Numbered from the stretch's first letter, positions 27,684-36,407 are shown. The stretch: DNA of 37,417 bases from an uncultured virus (IMG/VR IMGVR_UViG_3300029705_005139) (IMGVR_UViG_3300029705_005139); one strand, 5' to 3'. Notes: generated from the sequence alone by a model not told the origin. A program made the numbers and translations.

Positions 27684-28784
27684 TTACACCTCCGCTTCGG
27701 CAACAACTGGATCATTTACGTACAGTCTGCGCTCCTTCAAATACTGAACAAGCTCGGGCTGCGTACAGCCGGCTACGAAAGTGGACCAGGACATATCCTT
27801 GATTTCCTCGTCAGAAAGATAAAGAGCCACGTCGCAGATCCTGTCAATGAGCTGCAGCGTGGCTAAAAGCGTATTCAGTTTCAATGTACCTCGGAAAATT
27901 CTGAATTCAATGGTATGGTAGTTAGTGAGGTTTATGCAGGTATACCGTTCCCGATCACCCTTAGCACACTTCAGAATGTCCTTAGGGTGCTCCTTTAAAC
28001 CATATCTGGCTGCCCACTGTTTCAGCTGCTTATGGGTACGGCGGCTGAATTTCAGCAGTTCCTCCCAGTTTTTCTCAAAGAAATATAAGATTCTGGCGAT
28101 TACTTCATCCTGTTCAGCTTCAGTTTTTCCGAAAGCACTGCGGTTGATGTGGATGTGCAGGCCACAGGTTCCGGCCTGGTGGCTGAGATAACCCATTTCC
28201 TTTGCCTGATTCAGAACTGCAGACCAGGGCATGTTGTTCATATGGTAGTCGATGGTCATGGGATGAGTAACAATTTCAAATCCGTCACTGAGAGAACCGT
28301 CATGCTTGCAGTAGATGTGTTCGCCTCCTTGGTTAGCTACACTCACAATCTTCGCAGCATTGCTGTTGCGTTCTCCCGCATCATCAATTTCCAGTTCAAC
28401 ACCAAACCAACGGCTGCCCTGACCCAGGAAGTCAGGTTCCGGTTTGTAATAATAGTCATGGATTACTTGGCTGTCATCGTAGCGGCAATGGCAGGAATAG
28501 CATCTGGCTTCGTAACTGTCATCATCCACGTAATAAGCATCATCGGTCAAAATGACACGGCCACAGTCTTCGCAGGAAGTGTAATAGCGGTCATAGCAGC
28601 GCTGACAAAGATGGGTAGCATCATCACCAGCGTTACTGTCTGCCCAGAGACGCTCACCACACCGCTGACAACAAATGGTTTCTGTGTGCAGACAGGAAGA
28701 GCAAAGATAGCTGTCATCAAATTCCGTCAAGTCCTCCACCGGATGCAGGCTGCCGCAGACACTGCAGGATCTCATTTCTTTCAA
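27684..28784 (-). CDS. Putative amidoligase (COOH-NH2 ligase fold) with N-terminal Zn ribbons
   Basis: FGVELEID, KHDGSL..GFEIVTHP, CGLHIHI, TIEFRIFRGTL; six CxxC pairs. TTG start 7 nt after GGAGGT. Confidence 0.85.
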   Translation of the reverse strand: MKEMRSCSVCGSLHPVEDLTEFDDSYLCSSCLHTETICCQRCGERLWADSNAGDDATHLCQRCYDRYYTSCEDCGRVILTDDAYYVDDDSYEARCYSCHCRYDDSQVIHDYYYKPEPDFLGQGSRWFGVELEIDDAGERNSNAAKIVSVANQGGEHIYCKHDGSLSDGFEIVTHPMTIDYHMNNMPWSAVLNQAKEMGYLSHQAGTCGLHIHINRSAFGKTEAEQDEVIARILYFFEKNWEELLKFSRRTHKQLKQWAARYGLKEHPKDILKCAKGDRERYTCINLTNYHTIEFRIFRGTLKLNTLLATLQLIDRICDVALYLSDEEIKDMSWSTFVAGCTQPELVQYLKERRLYVNDPVVAEAEV

Positions 28785-29107
28785 GGGAATTACCTCCATA
28801 AAATAAAAATTCCGCATGGGGCATAACAGCTCCATGCGGTTGTTTCTATGAAGATAATATACAATTGATATCGTGCTATTTTGACATAGGTGTCTCTTCT
28901 CGCTTAATATGTCTGATAAGTACAAGGTAATTGAGTATATGTGCTCATGCTGCAAATTGCGTCTCAGATTATTGCAATAATATTTGCATCAATTTCAGTT
29001 CTTTATTAAAACACATTTCCCACGATTTAGTCGCTTTTTACTCTCCCGTGAACAATGTAATAAAGAGAAGCTGTTTTCACTTCTTAAAAATAAAAGGAGG
29101 ACCTACT

Positions 29108-29785
29108 ATGTCCAAAATGAACGAAAACTCCAAACAGCAAAAGAACCCCAATGTGACCAACGTAACCCCTCAAGAATTCGCTCTGATGCCGTTGAACACC
29201 TTCTTCACTGACTACGTCACACACCACCGACAATGCCATATCACCGGACCGTCCTACGATGCATTCACTGACGATGTAATCCGATATTTGATGCCCATTA
29301 TCGGAAATGTGGAACTGAAGGATCTCAGCGTCGAAAAACTCAAAGGCTGTTACAAATATATTTATGAATGGTTTAAGGTACCTATGAAACTGATTGCCGG
29401 TATGAACAGACTTCTGGAGGTTGCTTTAGACTCCGTCTTACATCGTGGCCTGCTCAAAGACAATCCCGCAGCAGATCTCTCCAGAGAATACGTCGAAAAA
29501 ACTCACCGTGAGCTTCCTTACAAGCAATTTCCGATTATCGCAAGACAGATGCATCCAGAAGAGCTAGACGACTGCTGTAAAAAAATTCCCCATTACGATG
29601 TTTATGCTCCCTTCTTTCACAATATCCATTATCTTGGATCCGACATGATCGACGGAATTAACCTGGTACGGTGTTTTCTAATCGACGAGTTGGAAGTAAA
29701 ACCACGGTTCGATGCCGACCCCTCTCTCAAAGATCATCCTCTAATGCCTGGGGAGAGAGTCTTCATGATGAAGCTGGATACATGA
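29108..29785 (+). CDS. Stand-alone integrase core-binding (SAM-like) domain protein
   Basis: AAAGGAGG RBS. YLMPIIGNVELKDLS...ALDSVLHRGLLKDNPA aligns by eye with the window's integrase HLKPALGDIVLQELT...ALKFAEAEGYINSNPA. No catalytic R-K-HxxR-H-Y set. Confidence 0.7.
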   Translation: MSKMNENSKQQKNPNVTNVTPQEFALMPLNTFFTDYVTHHRQCHITGPSYDAFTDDVIRYLMPIIGNVELKDLSVEKLKGCYKYIYEWFKVPMKLIAGMNRLLEVALDSVLHRGLLKDNPAADLSREYVEKTHRELPYKQFPIIARQMHPEELDDCCKKIPHYDVYAPFFHNIHYLGSDMIDGINLVRCFLIDELEVKPRFDADPSLKDHPLMPGERVFMMKLDT

Positions 29786-30523
29786 ATCGAAATAGTATAT
29801 CACAGCAATCAAAAGTACATTTCACGCTGAATCTGCTTCCTTGAATTAACAAATCTAGCCGTGAGCCACAATATGGTTCACGGCTGCCCCTGTTCTAATG
29901 TATAAAGCTTCTCATACAAGTATCGAATATGCTCCTGAACCAAAGTATAGAAAGCTTCTCGAACAGCCTATGGCTCCTTTGTGTATTATAGCCGGCACGA
30001 ACCACCTTCTGGAGGTTACTTATGATTATGCCATCCGTCAGGAAACAGGCATCTGCAATCCTGCAGGTATTCTTTCAAACGAATATACTCAACAGGCCCA
30101 CCGCAAACTACCTGATTCACAGTATCCTCTGATTGTAACACAGTTCACTCCCACACATCTTGATAATTATCCCTTGATACTATTTGTTTTATCCAGTCTA
30201 ACCTGAAGGCAAATCAAAAAATCGTTTGGGTAGAATTGAATGCTCGATAATGTTCATTTTTACAAAATATATAATTAATATCATAACATATCAATATATA
30301 CTAATATATTTCACCTTCACATTATCATTATGAGGTAGATAGAGCACAATGGGTAAAGCAAAAATCATTTTCAATTGGATATTCCCATCAAAAAGGATAC
30401 AATAAAAATCACTGTAGACCTACCCATTGTAATAACTCACTATATCTAAGATTTTCAAAATTATCCTTTACATCGGTTTTTGAAAATCCCTACGGTATTA
30501 GTAGTTGTAAAAATGCTCTATCC

Positions 30524-30560
30524 AAACAGGCATCTTCCAAATATGGAAGATGCCTTGTTT
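30524..30560. terminator. Hairpin at the helicase 3' end
   Basis: aaacaggcatcttcca / tggaagatgccttgttt IR, 8 nt from the helicase stop. Confidence 0.65.
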
Positions 30561-30568
30561 GCATTCTT

Positions 30569-32551
30569 TTATTTCATATGCTTAAAGCGGATACCTTCAA
30601 TGGTACTGCGCGCATTTTTATATTTTCCATCGTGATAAGAACGGATTTTATTGGCCCCATAGATTTCCTCAGCCATTCGCTGGAAAGATGCAGAAAACAT
30701 CTTCTCTGTAAAATGGTTGGAAATATCGTTAGAAAATATTTCGTAGGCATTTCCAATCGCTACTTGACCGCCAGGATCTCTCTCAAAATAACTCATTAAA
30801 AAATTGTACACCAGAGGTGTAATCTCAGAGCCTCCCAGAAGATCGTCGGGATACAAAAGAGACGAATTCACTGCATAGTCTCCTGCAAAATGATAGTGAT
30901 TATCCCGCAGTCTGAAATAAGCATCCAAAGCTTTAGACGCAATAGCAGGCTTCTCTTCCTTTAAACGATCCAGCAAATCTTCGTCCTTTGCTTCTTGAGG
31001 AACCGTATAGAAAAACGGAATGACCACCGCACGTCTCATAAAGGCATCATCAGGTTCCTCCGTTACCAGAGGATAATTCGTGGTAAGAATAAATTTACCT
31101 TCGAAACGGAACTGCTTGTTTCCTTTATGCTTTACCGCAGCAGAAATCTTATCATTACCGGTTGCCTGCTTAACACAACTGGTAGACTTCGTGTCCAGGG
31201 GCTCAGGAGGCAGGTCGGGAGACAGACACAGTGCTACAGAATCGAGATTTCCCATTGCAAATTCTCCCTTCAATGCATGTACATTAAGTCCTGAAACCTT
31301 ATCCTCCGGATAGAAATCACCCAATAAGTTACACAAAATACTTTTACCGGAGTCCGGAACACCTTGAAACAGGAAATATGCCTTTGCATTTCTATCAGAA
31401 GTCAAGCAATACCCAAAAACCTGCCAAATGCGTTCCTGCAATGTAGTGTCTCCTCCTGTAATATCGTGCAAGAACTTATCAAATACAGGAGAATTTTCGT
31501 TCTGATTATTGTATCGTGCCAAATTACAATTCACTGCATGCGTAACTACATTAGCAGGTGAATGTTCCATTAACGTTCTATTATTCAGATCGATCGTACA
31601 ATTTGCAAAGGAAACCTTATTTGGGTCAGAAAGAGGAACCTCATTTCTAACAATTTGAGGCTCTTTCAGGAGTAATTTATACACCTTTTCAATCACGGAA
31701 CCACTTCCACTTTCCCTAATAATCGGGCGGTACATCTCCATGATCATCTGTTCAACTTCACACTGAGGAGTCTTATTATAGCTTCCGCTTACATCGTCAT
31801 AGATGTACACCTCCTGCTTATGTGTAAATACAGGAACTTTTAAAATGAAATCTGTCATGATGTCATAAGCAGTTACTTTGATTCCTTTCTTTTTACCCGA
31901 TCCCCTACCCGAACCAGAAGAAAAACCAGGGAATACAACAGGAAACATTCCGGGCATATTAGGTGCCTGCAAGGAAGGCACAAATTGATTGGGATTAGGC
32001 ATGGAATTCGGAATTGGCATAATGGTTCCTTGCATATTTGCTTCCATTGCATAATTGGAGGATCCTGCAGCAGACTGCTGAGATGCGTTCAAATAATCTG
32101 CATACGGGTTGAACGATTTTCTACAGGGTGCCACAGAATTATTCATGGTAACACTTCTTTCGTTGTTTCCATTAAATTGCACCATATTTCTCTGCGACAG
32201 AATTGCATTCGCCTGGGCCCCATGATTAGATGTAGCTCCCGGCATTACAATTACATTTTCTTTCTCATTCATCTGTACAGGACAAGAAGAAAATGCATTC
32301 TCTACTGCACTATACTTCCTATTCACAGTATCATTACCTAAATCAACTACACTGTCAACAGGAGGAATGGCCATATTCTGTACACTCATAATACCTGTAC
32401 CAACCTGCCCTGTAGTTGGAACCATTGCATTTACAGGGGCAGAAAACCCCTGCTCTGGCTGATGCTGCATAAAGATATTGTCAGTAGACTCTTCATTCTG
32501 AATAATCAAATCAGTAAAATCAATGTTATCGAAAATCTTACCACTAGTCAT
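30569..32551 (-). CDS. P4/D5-family SF3 helicase (phage/plasmid primase-helicase C-terminal type) with low-complexity N-terminus
   Basis: FANCTIDL...EHSP, FDKFL..I, FGYCLT, Walker A GVPDSGKS, KQATGND.ISAAVKHK, TTNYP, AFMRR..VIPF. AAGGAG RBS favours ATG 32551 over 32587. Confidence 0.85.
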   Translation of the reverse strand: MTSGKIFDNIDFTDLIIQNEESTDNIFMQHQPEQGFSAPVNAMVPTTGQVGTGIMSVQNMAIPPVDSVVDLGNDTVNRKYSAVENAFSSCPVQMNEKENVIVMPGATSNHGAQANAILSQRNMVQFNGNNERSVTMNNSVAPCRKSFNPYADYLNASQQSAAGSSNYAMEANMQGTIMPIPNSMPNPNQFVPSLQAPNMPGMFPVVFPGFSSGSGRGSGKKKGIKVTAYDIMTDFILKVPVFTHKQEVYIYDDVSGSYNKTPQCEVEQMIMEMYRPIIRESGSGSVIEKVYKLLLKEPQIVRNEVPLSDPNKVSFANCTIDLNNRTLMEHSPANVVTHAVNCNLARYNNQNENSPVFDKFLHDITGGDTTLQERIWQVFGYCLTSDRNAKAYFLFQGVPDSGKSILCNLLGDFYPEDKVSGLNVHALKGEFAMGNLDSVALCLSPDLPPEPLDTKSTSCVKQATGNDKISAAVKHKGNKQFRFEGKFILTTNYPLVTEEPDDAFMRRAVVIPFFYTVPQEAKDEDLLDRLKEEKPAIASKALDAYFRLRDNHYHFAGDYAVNSSLLYPDDLLGGSEITPLVYNFLMSYFERDPGGQVAIGNAYEIFSNDISNHFTEKMFSASFQRMAEEIYGANKIRSYHDGKYKNARSTIEGIRFKHMK

Positions 32552-32611
32552 TATAAATTTCTCCTTATTTTTTAAAAAATCTGACATGTAACATATTGCT
32601 GTTAATGTTGA

Positions 32612-32815
32612 TCAAGTATCAACTGAATAATCCTCAACAGAAAATTCAAACACATATTTCCGCAGGTATAATCCACACCGCACTTTTTCACACCATGTAT
32701 CATATAAATTAGCGCTGTCTCCCCAATACAGAATATCTCCATTCGCATCCCGTATTCTGTAACTCCCCGGAGCACTTGGTGGAATCGAATGACAATATAC
32801 TTTTTTGTAGGTCAT
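32612..32815 (-). CDS. 67-aa protein resembling the N-terminal half of a GIY-YIG domain
   Basis: PSAPGSYRIRDANGDILYWGDSANL resembles UvrC-type P..PGVY...D..G..LYVGKA.NL. AAAGGAG RBS. Confidence 0.6.
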   Translation of the reverse strand: MTYKKVYCHSIPPSAPGSYRIRDANGDILYWGDSANLYDTWCEKVRCGLYLRKYVFEFSVEDYSVDT

Positions 32816-32824
32816 GTTTTCTAC

Positions 32825-33353
32825 TCCTTTCTTTGAAGATGGCTTTAGTTTATCAATTCGGGCAAAAGTTGCGTCAGCTGATAGCTGACATTTTCGTTTT
32901 TCATGCAATTATTTTCTATAAGTCTATTGACTGTTATATTGTATCTGGACACGATTTTCTTTTTACTAGACATGTATTCCACTCCCTTCTTTAAACTGGC
33001 TACAATTTATCATTTCAGATCAGCTTCGCGTCAGCTGGCAACTGACATTTCGTTTTTTACCCTCAAAAAATGTAGTTCTATTGACAATCCTATTACAGGT
33101 CTTCATCACCCTATTTTCATTGGACATATCTTTCGCTCGTCTCTTCAAAGATAGCTATAATTTATCACTCCAGACAAATTTTGCGTCAGCCAATAACTGA
33201 CATTTACCTGTTCAATAAAAAGTTCCAAAACTCTGTCAACAATCAGATATCTTTCCTTTGTAATTCTATATTCATCAGAAAACAGCCTTCCTTCCCCTGA
33301 AGATAGCCTTAGTATATCAATTTGGCAGTTTCCCGTGTCCGCCGATAGCTGAC
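32825..33353 (-). repeat. Four degenerate ~155-bp tandem units, each palindrome + extended -10 + RBS
   Basis: Palindromes start at 32873, 33030, 33185 and 33337. Each is exactly 17 nt from TGATAAACT, TGATAAATT, TGATAAATT or TGATATACT on the minus strand. Confidence 0.85.
32845..32973 (-). CDS. 42-aa small ORF within the repeat array
   Basis: AAGGGAG RBS, MSSKKKIVSRYNITVNRLIENNCMKNENVSYQLTQLLPELIN. May be a by-product of cassette duplication. Confidence 0.35.
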   Translation of the reverse strand: MSSKKKIVSRYNITVNRLIENNCMKNENVSYQLTQLLPELIN

Positions 33354-33395
33354 AAAAAAACACACCTGCACCAAATCATAGGTGCAGGTGTGTTT
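33354..33395 (-). terminator. Rho-independent terminator of the macro-domain gene
   Basis: 15-bp IR aaacacacctgcacc / ggtgcaggtgtgttt plus U7 tail. Confidence 0.85.
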
Positions 33396-33406
33396 ACACA
33401 ATCAAT

Positions 33407-34387
33407 TTAAATTTCGCCTAAGCCATTTGCGACACGCATATCATTATATCGGATTACATCATACCCCTCAGTTGAGAAAAACTCTTTTATTAATCTGTCC
33501 TCTTGCTTGTCATCTGACAAAGCATATCCCGCTTTTTCCAAAAACTCCTCCATTTCTGCAAAAGAGAGTTTCAATTGTATGGCAATTAAAATTACCGTCT
33601 CTTTTTTAGGTGTTTTCTTCCCAGAAAAAATATCGGAAAAGCTCTGACGAGACAGATTAATGAATTTATATATTTGAGGGGCATCCAAATTTCTATTATT
33701 CATATAATATCTTAAAAGATCAACGAAGCTCTTAGGTTGCATATTCACATGAAAATAATCAGATTGTAGAATAGATTCATGAATACGTTCCGGTGGCTCA
33801 TACGATTGATGTCGTGTGTATTCATACTCTAAAATTTTACGCGATTCTTCATATGTTAAGTATTCTTCTACTGCAAAAACTTTCCGTACAGCAGAAACAG
33901 TGGCTTCATCAAATACAGTAATATAGATTTCCATGTTGTTATTCAGTGCAAACTGCATGCCCTCAGAAATCGCCATTGTCAAAGAAACCTCGATTGGAAT
34001 CTGGTAAATTCCCGTGCCAAGCAATGGCATTGCTATAGACACAGAAAGCAAATTATGATTTTGCATATAGTCTACTGCAGCAGCCAATGATTTATGATAG
34101 CACTTCTGCACGCAAGCATATTCATCATGAAAACCATCCGTCCATGCAACTGAAACCACATGGATTACTTTTTTTGCATTCAATCCAAATGCATCAGTAA
34201 TTGCAATGTCGCCAGACGTAATCGTGCCAATTTTTTTACGTTCCTCCCACATCGCCAGTCCCGCTTTATTAAAAATAGCCTTATCCAAACCATTTCCAAT
34301 TTTCGGTTCCGGATTGGCAGTATTAACGATAAAATCTACATAGAATGGCAAATCAGCCAGATTGGCACGAATGATATGGATTGACAT
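33407..34387 (-). CDS. Macro-domain (ADP-ribose-binding) protein with C-terminal XRE-type HTH
   Basis: DFIVNTAN...GNGLDKAIF.KAG, AKKVIHVV, SIAMPLLGTGIY; then QIYKFINLSRQSFSDIFSGKKTPKKETV...LEKAGYALS. Confidence 0.88.
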   Translation of the reverse strand: MSIHIIRANLADLPFYVDFIVNTANPEPKIGNGLDKAIFNKAGLAMWEERKKIGTITSGDIAITDAFGLNAKKVIHVVSVAWTDGFHDEYACVQKCYHKSLAAAVDYMQNHNLLSVSIAMPLLGTGIYQIPIEVSLTMAISEGMQFALNNNMEIYITVFDEATVSAVRKVFAVEEYLTYEESRKILEYEYTRHQSYEPPERIHESILQSDYFHVNMQPKSFVDLLRYYMNNRNLDAPQIYKFINLSRQSFSDIFSGKKTPKKETVILIAIQLKLSFAEMEEFLEKAGYALSDDKQEDRLIKEFFSTEGYDVIRYNDMRVANGLGEI

Positions 34388-34432
34388 AGTTAATTTCCTC
34401 CCCACTATTTTTTAGGAGTTATATCTTTTTTG

Positions 34433-34461
34433 ATTATACCTTAAAAAATTAATAGTGACAA
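34433..34461 (-). promoter_or_regulatory. SigA promoter TTGTCA-N17-TATAAT for the macro-XRE gene
   Basis: Near-consensus hexamers with a 17-bp spacer. Confidence 0.75.
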
Positions 34462-34520
34462 TACATCAACCCAAAATAATATACGGGCAATCGACGTTCA
34501 CCAATTGCCCTCATACATTA

Positions 34521-35951
34521 TTAACTCAAAGCCAGCTGCAGCACAAACTGTCCAATCTCACAGGGGATATTCGCCACAGGTGTCGGAATCGGAGGATAGA
34601 TGCAAGTTCCCAGTTCCTCCTGCAAACTCTCCCGCAGTTCAGACAGGCCCTGCATCAGGTTGGACGTATTGCAGTTGATTTCCGGAAAGTCCGGCATTGT
34701 AAGCTCTGCAGTACCGTCAGAAAGATTGGTCACCAGTACAGGATACGTGGTATCCACGCTTACGGGCTCCGGAATGTTGAACAGTTCTTCCATCAGTGCC
34801 ATGCCAGCCTGCTTGTGATCATCCAGCACATGAGCATAGGTATCCAGTGTAAATGCCACGGATGCATGGCCCAGAATGACGCTCAGGGTCTTGACATCCA
34901 TGCCCTGCTCCATAGCTCTGCTCGCAAATGTATGACGCAGGGCATGGAATGTAAAGTGCCGAAGGCCGCACACACGCAGAATCTGATTGTATTGATCCTT
35001 AAAGGTGCGGGGCTCCATATATCCGCCCATGGGATTTGTCACAATGAAACCGCTTTCACAGTAAGCATCCCCCGCTGCCAGTTTATCCTGCTGCTGAACA
35101 CGCTGCCAGCCCTGCAGATCCTGCAAAACCTGCGGCAGCAGCGGAATGGAGCGGACAGAATTCTGAGACTTGGGTGTCTGGATCACGATCTCCGTTGTAG
35201 CCTCTCCCGCATTCTTGGGTTTGTTGGTCTTATTCAGCCGATTCAGTGTACGGCGAATGTAGATTCGCCGGCCCTGTACATCTACGTCCTCCCAACGCAG
35301 GCCCAGCAGCTCCCCAACTCGAATACCGGTAAACAGCACCAGCCGAATAAAAACACCGTAACGATGCTGGTAGCTTCCCTGGATCAGCCGCATCTGCTCA
35401 TCTCTGGTCAGAATCACGATCTGAGGCCGAGCTCCACTGGGCAGGTTCACAGAGGAGGCAGGATTGCTGTTAATGTAACCCTCCGCCTCTGCAAACTTTA
35501 GCGCCCTGTGCAGGAACAGATTGATATTCACAATTGTTTTTGCAGATAAACCCTCCACCTCAGCCTTGTAATTATAGAAAAGCTGCAGTGTTCTGGGAGT
35601 CAGTTCCTGCAAAACAATATCTCCCAAAGCCGGTTTCAGATGAACCCGAATATAACTTTCATAGCTGAGATATGTAGACTGCTTCAGCGTATGCTTCATA
35701 TACACATCCAGACACAGATCCAGCCAATCTCCCAAAGTAACACGCGTAAAGTTATTGGGACTGGTATCGTTCATAAAGCTCATCTGATTCAGCAGGCGTA
35801 CTGCTTCTTCTTTTGTCTTTGCATACTTGGAAACCCTCTTGGGCTTTCCGGTCATTTTGTCATAGTCCACGGTTACACGGACCTCATAGCGGCCATCGGA
35901 CCGCATCTTGATATTGCCTTCGTTGTTGGCTCTTGATTTTGCCATAGTCAT
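34521..35951 (-). CDS. Tyrosine recombinase/integrase with C-terminal HicB-like extension
   Basis: Arm-binding N-terminus, core-binding domain, catalytic TGIRVGE, TPKS, FHALRHTF, LGH, LDTYAH. About 75 extra C-terminal aa. ATG 35945 is an alternative start. Confidence 0.93.
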   Translation of the reverse strand: MTMAKSRANNEGNIKMRSDGRYEVRVTVDYDKMTGKPKRVSKYAKTKEEAVRLLNQMSFMNDTSPNNFTRVTLGDWLDLCLDVYMKHTLKQSTYLSYESYIRVHLKPALGDIVLQELTPRTLQLFYNYKAEVEGLSAKTIVNINLFLHRALKFAEAEGYINSNPASSVNLPSGARPQIVILTRDEQMRLIQGSYQHRYGVFIRLVLFTGIRVGELLGLRWEDVDVQGRRIYIRRTLNRLNKTNKPKNAGEATTEIVIQTPKSQNSVRSIPLLPQVLQDLQGWQRVQQQDKLAAGDAYCESGFIVTNPMGGYMEPRTFKDQYNQILRVCGLRHFTFHALRHTFASRAMEQGMDVKTLSVILGHASVAFTLDTYAHVLDDHKQAGMALMEELFNIPEPVSVDTTYPVLVTNLSDGTAELTMPDFPEINCNTSNLMQGLSELRESLQEELGTCIYPPIPTPVANIPCEIGQFVLQLALS

Positions 35952-35953
35952 TC

Positions 35954-36037
35954 ACCATCCTTGTAGTATAACAGAATCTTCATAGGGATAATATGTGTTC
36001 ATTCCGGTTAAAGATTTCTGTTTACTACAAGGTTGGT
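35954..36037. repeat. ~27-bp imperfect inverted repeat over the integrase RBS/-10
   Basis: accatccttgtagtataacagaatctt (35954-35980) vs aagatttctgtttactacaaggttggt (36011-36037). Confidence 0.75.
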
Positions 36038-36407
36038 TTTGTATTACATCTTTACAATTCAATATGACAAAACCGCATTTTCCTAGTCAAATACGGTATT
36101 TTTTTAATATCTCGATAAAAGATAATATTGTGTAACTTTGTTTTAGCCTGGTATTATGGAATACGATCATTCCTTATCATTCTGTTTTTAGGGTGATACA
36201 AACTCACATCGCTTTGGATACTCCTTCCAAAACTATTCTCCACACACCAAAGGCTAATTCATATTTTAGGAGTTTTTCGAAAATCCCCAGATTTTGCGTT
36301 TAAAACACATAAATCAGTATGGATCATGTGCTCATAACCTTAAAACGCAAAATATAAAAACAGGCTGTCCCAGACAATCCAAAACAGGGCTGTGTGTGAC
36401 AGCATAA

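Noticed and set aside
29857..29885. Hairpin agccgtgagcca / tggttcacggct as a terminator
   Set aside because: Real IR but no convincing U-tail; function not supportable.
29898..30206. 102-aa ORF
   Set aside because: No RBS or recognisable motif; cannot support it as a gene.
32825..33353. Possible CRISPR array
   Set aside because: Period ~155 bp, degenerate repeats, spacers partly homologous to each other, no cas genes.
34455..35501. 348-aa plus-strand ORF
   Set aside because: Antisense shadow of the integrase gene.
36331..36339. CTCATAACC matching the tRNA att core, inside an attttgcgttt / aaacgcaaaat IR
   Set aside because: Only 9 bp and in inverted orientation relative to the tRNA fragment; not the second direct-repeat att.
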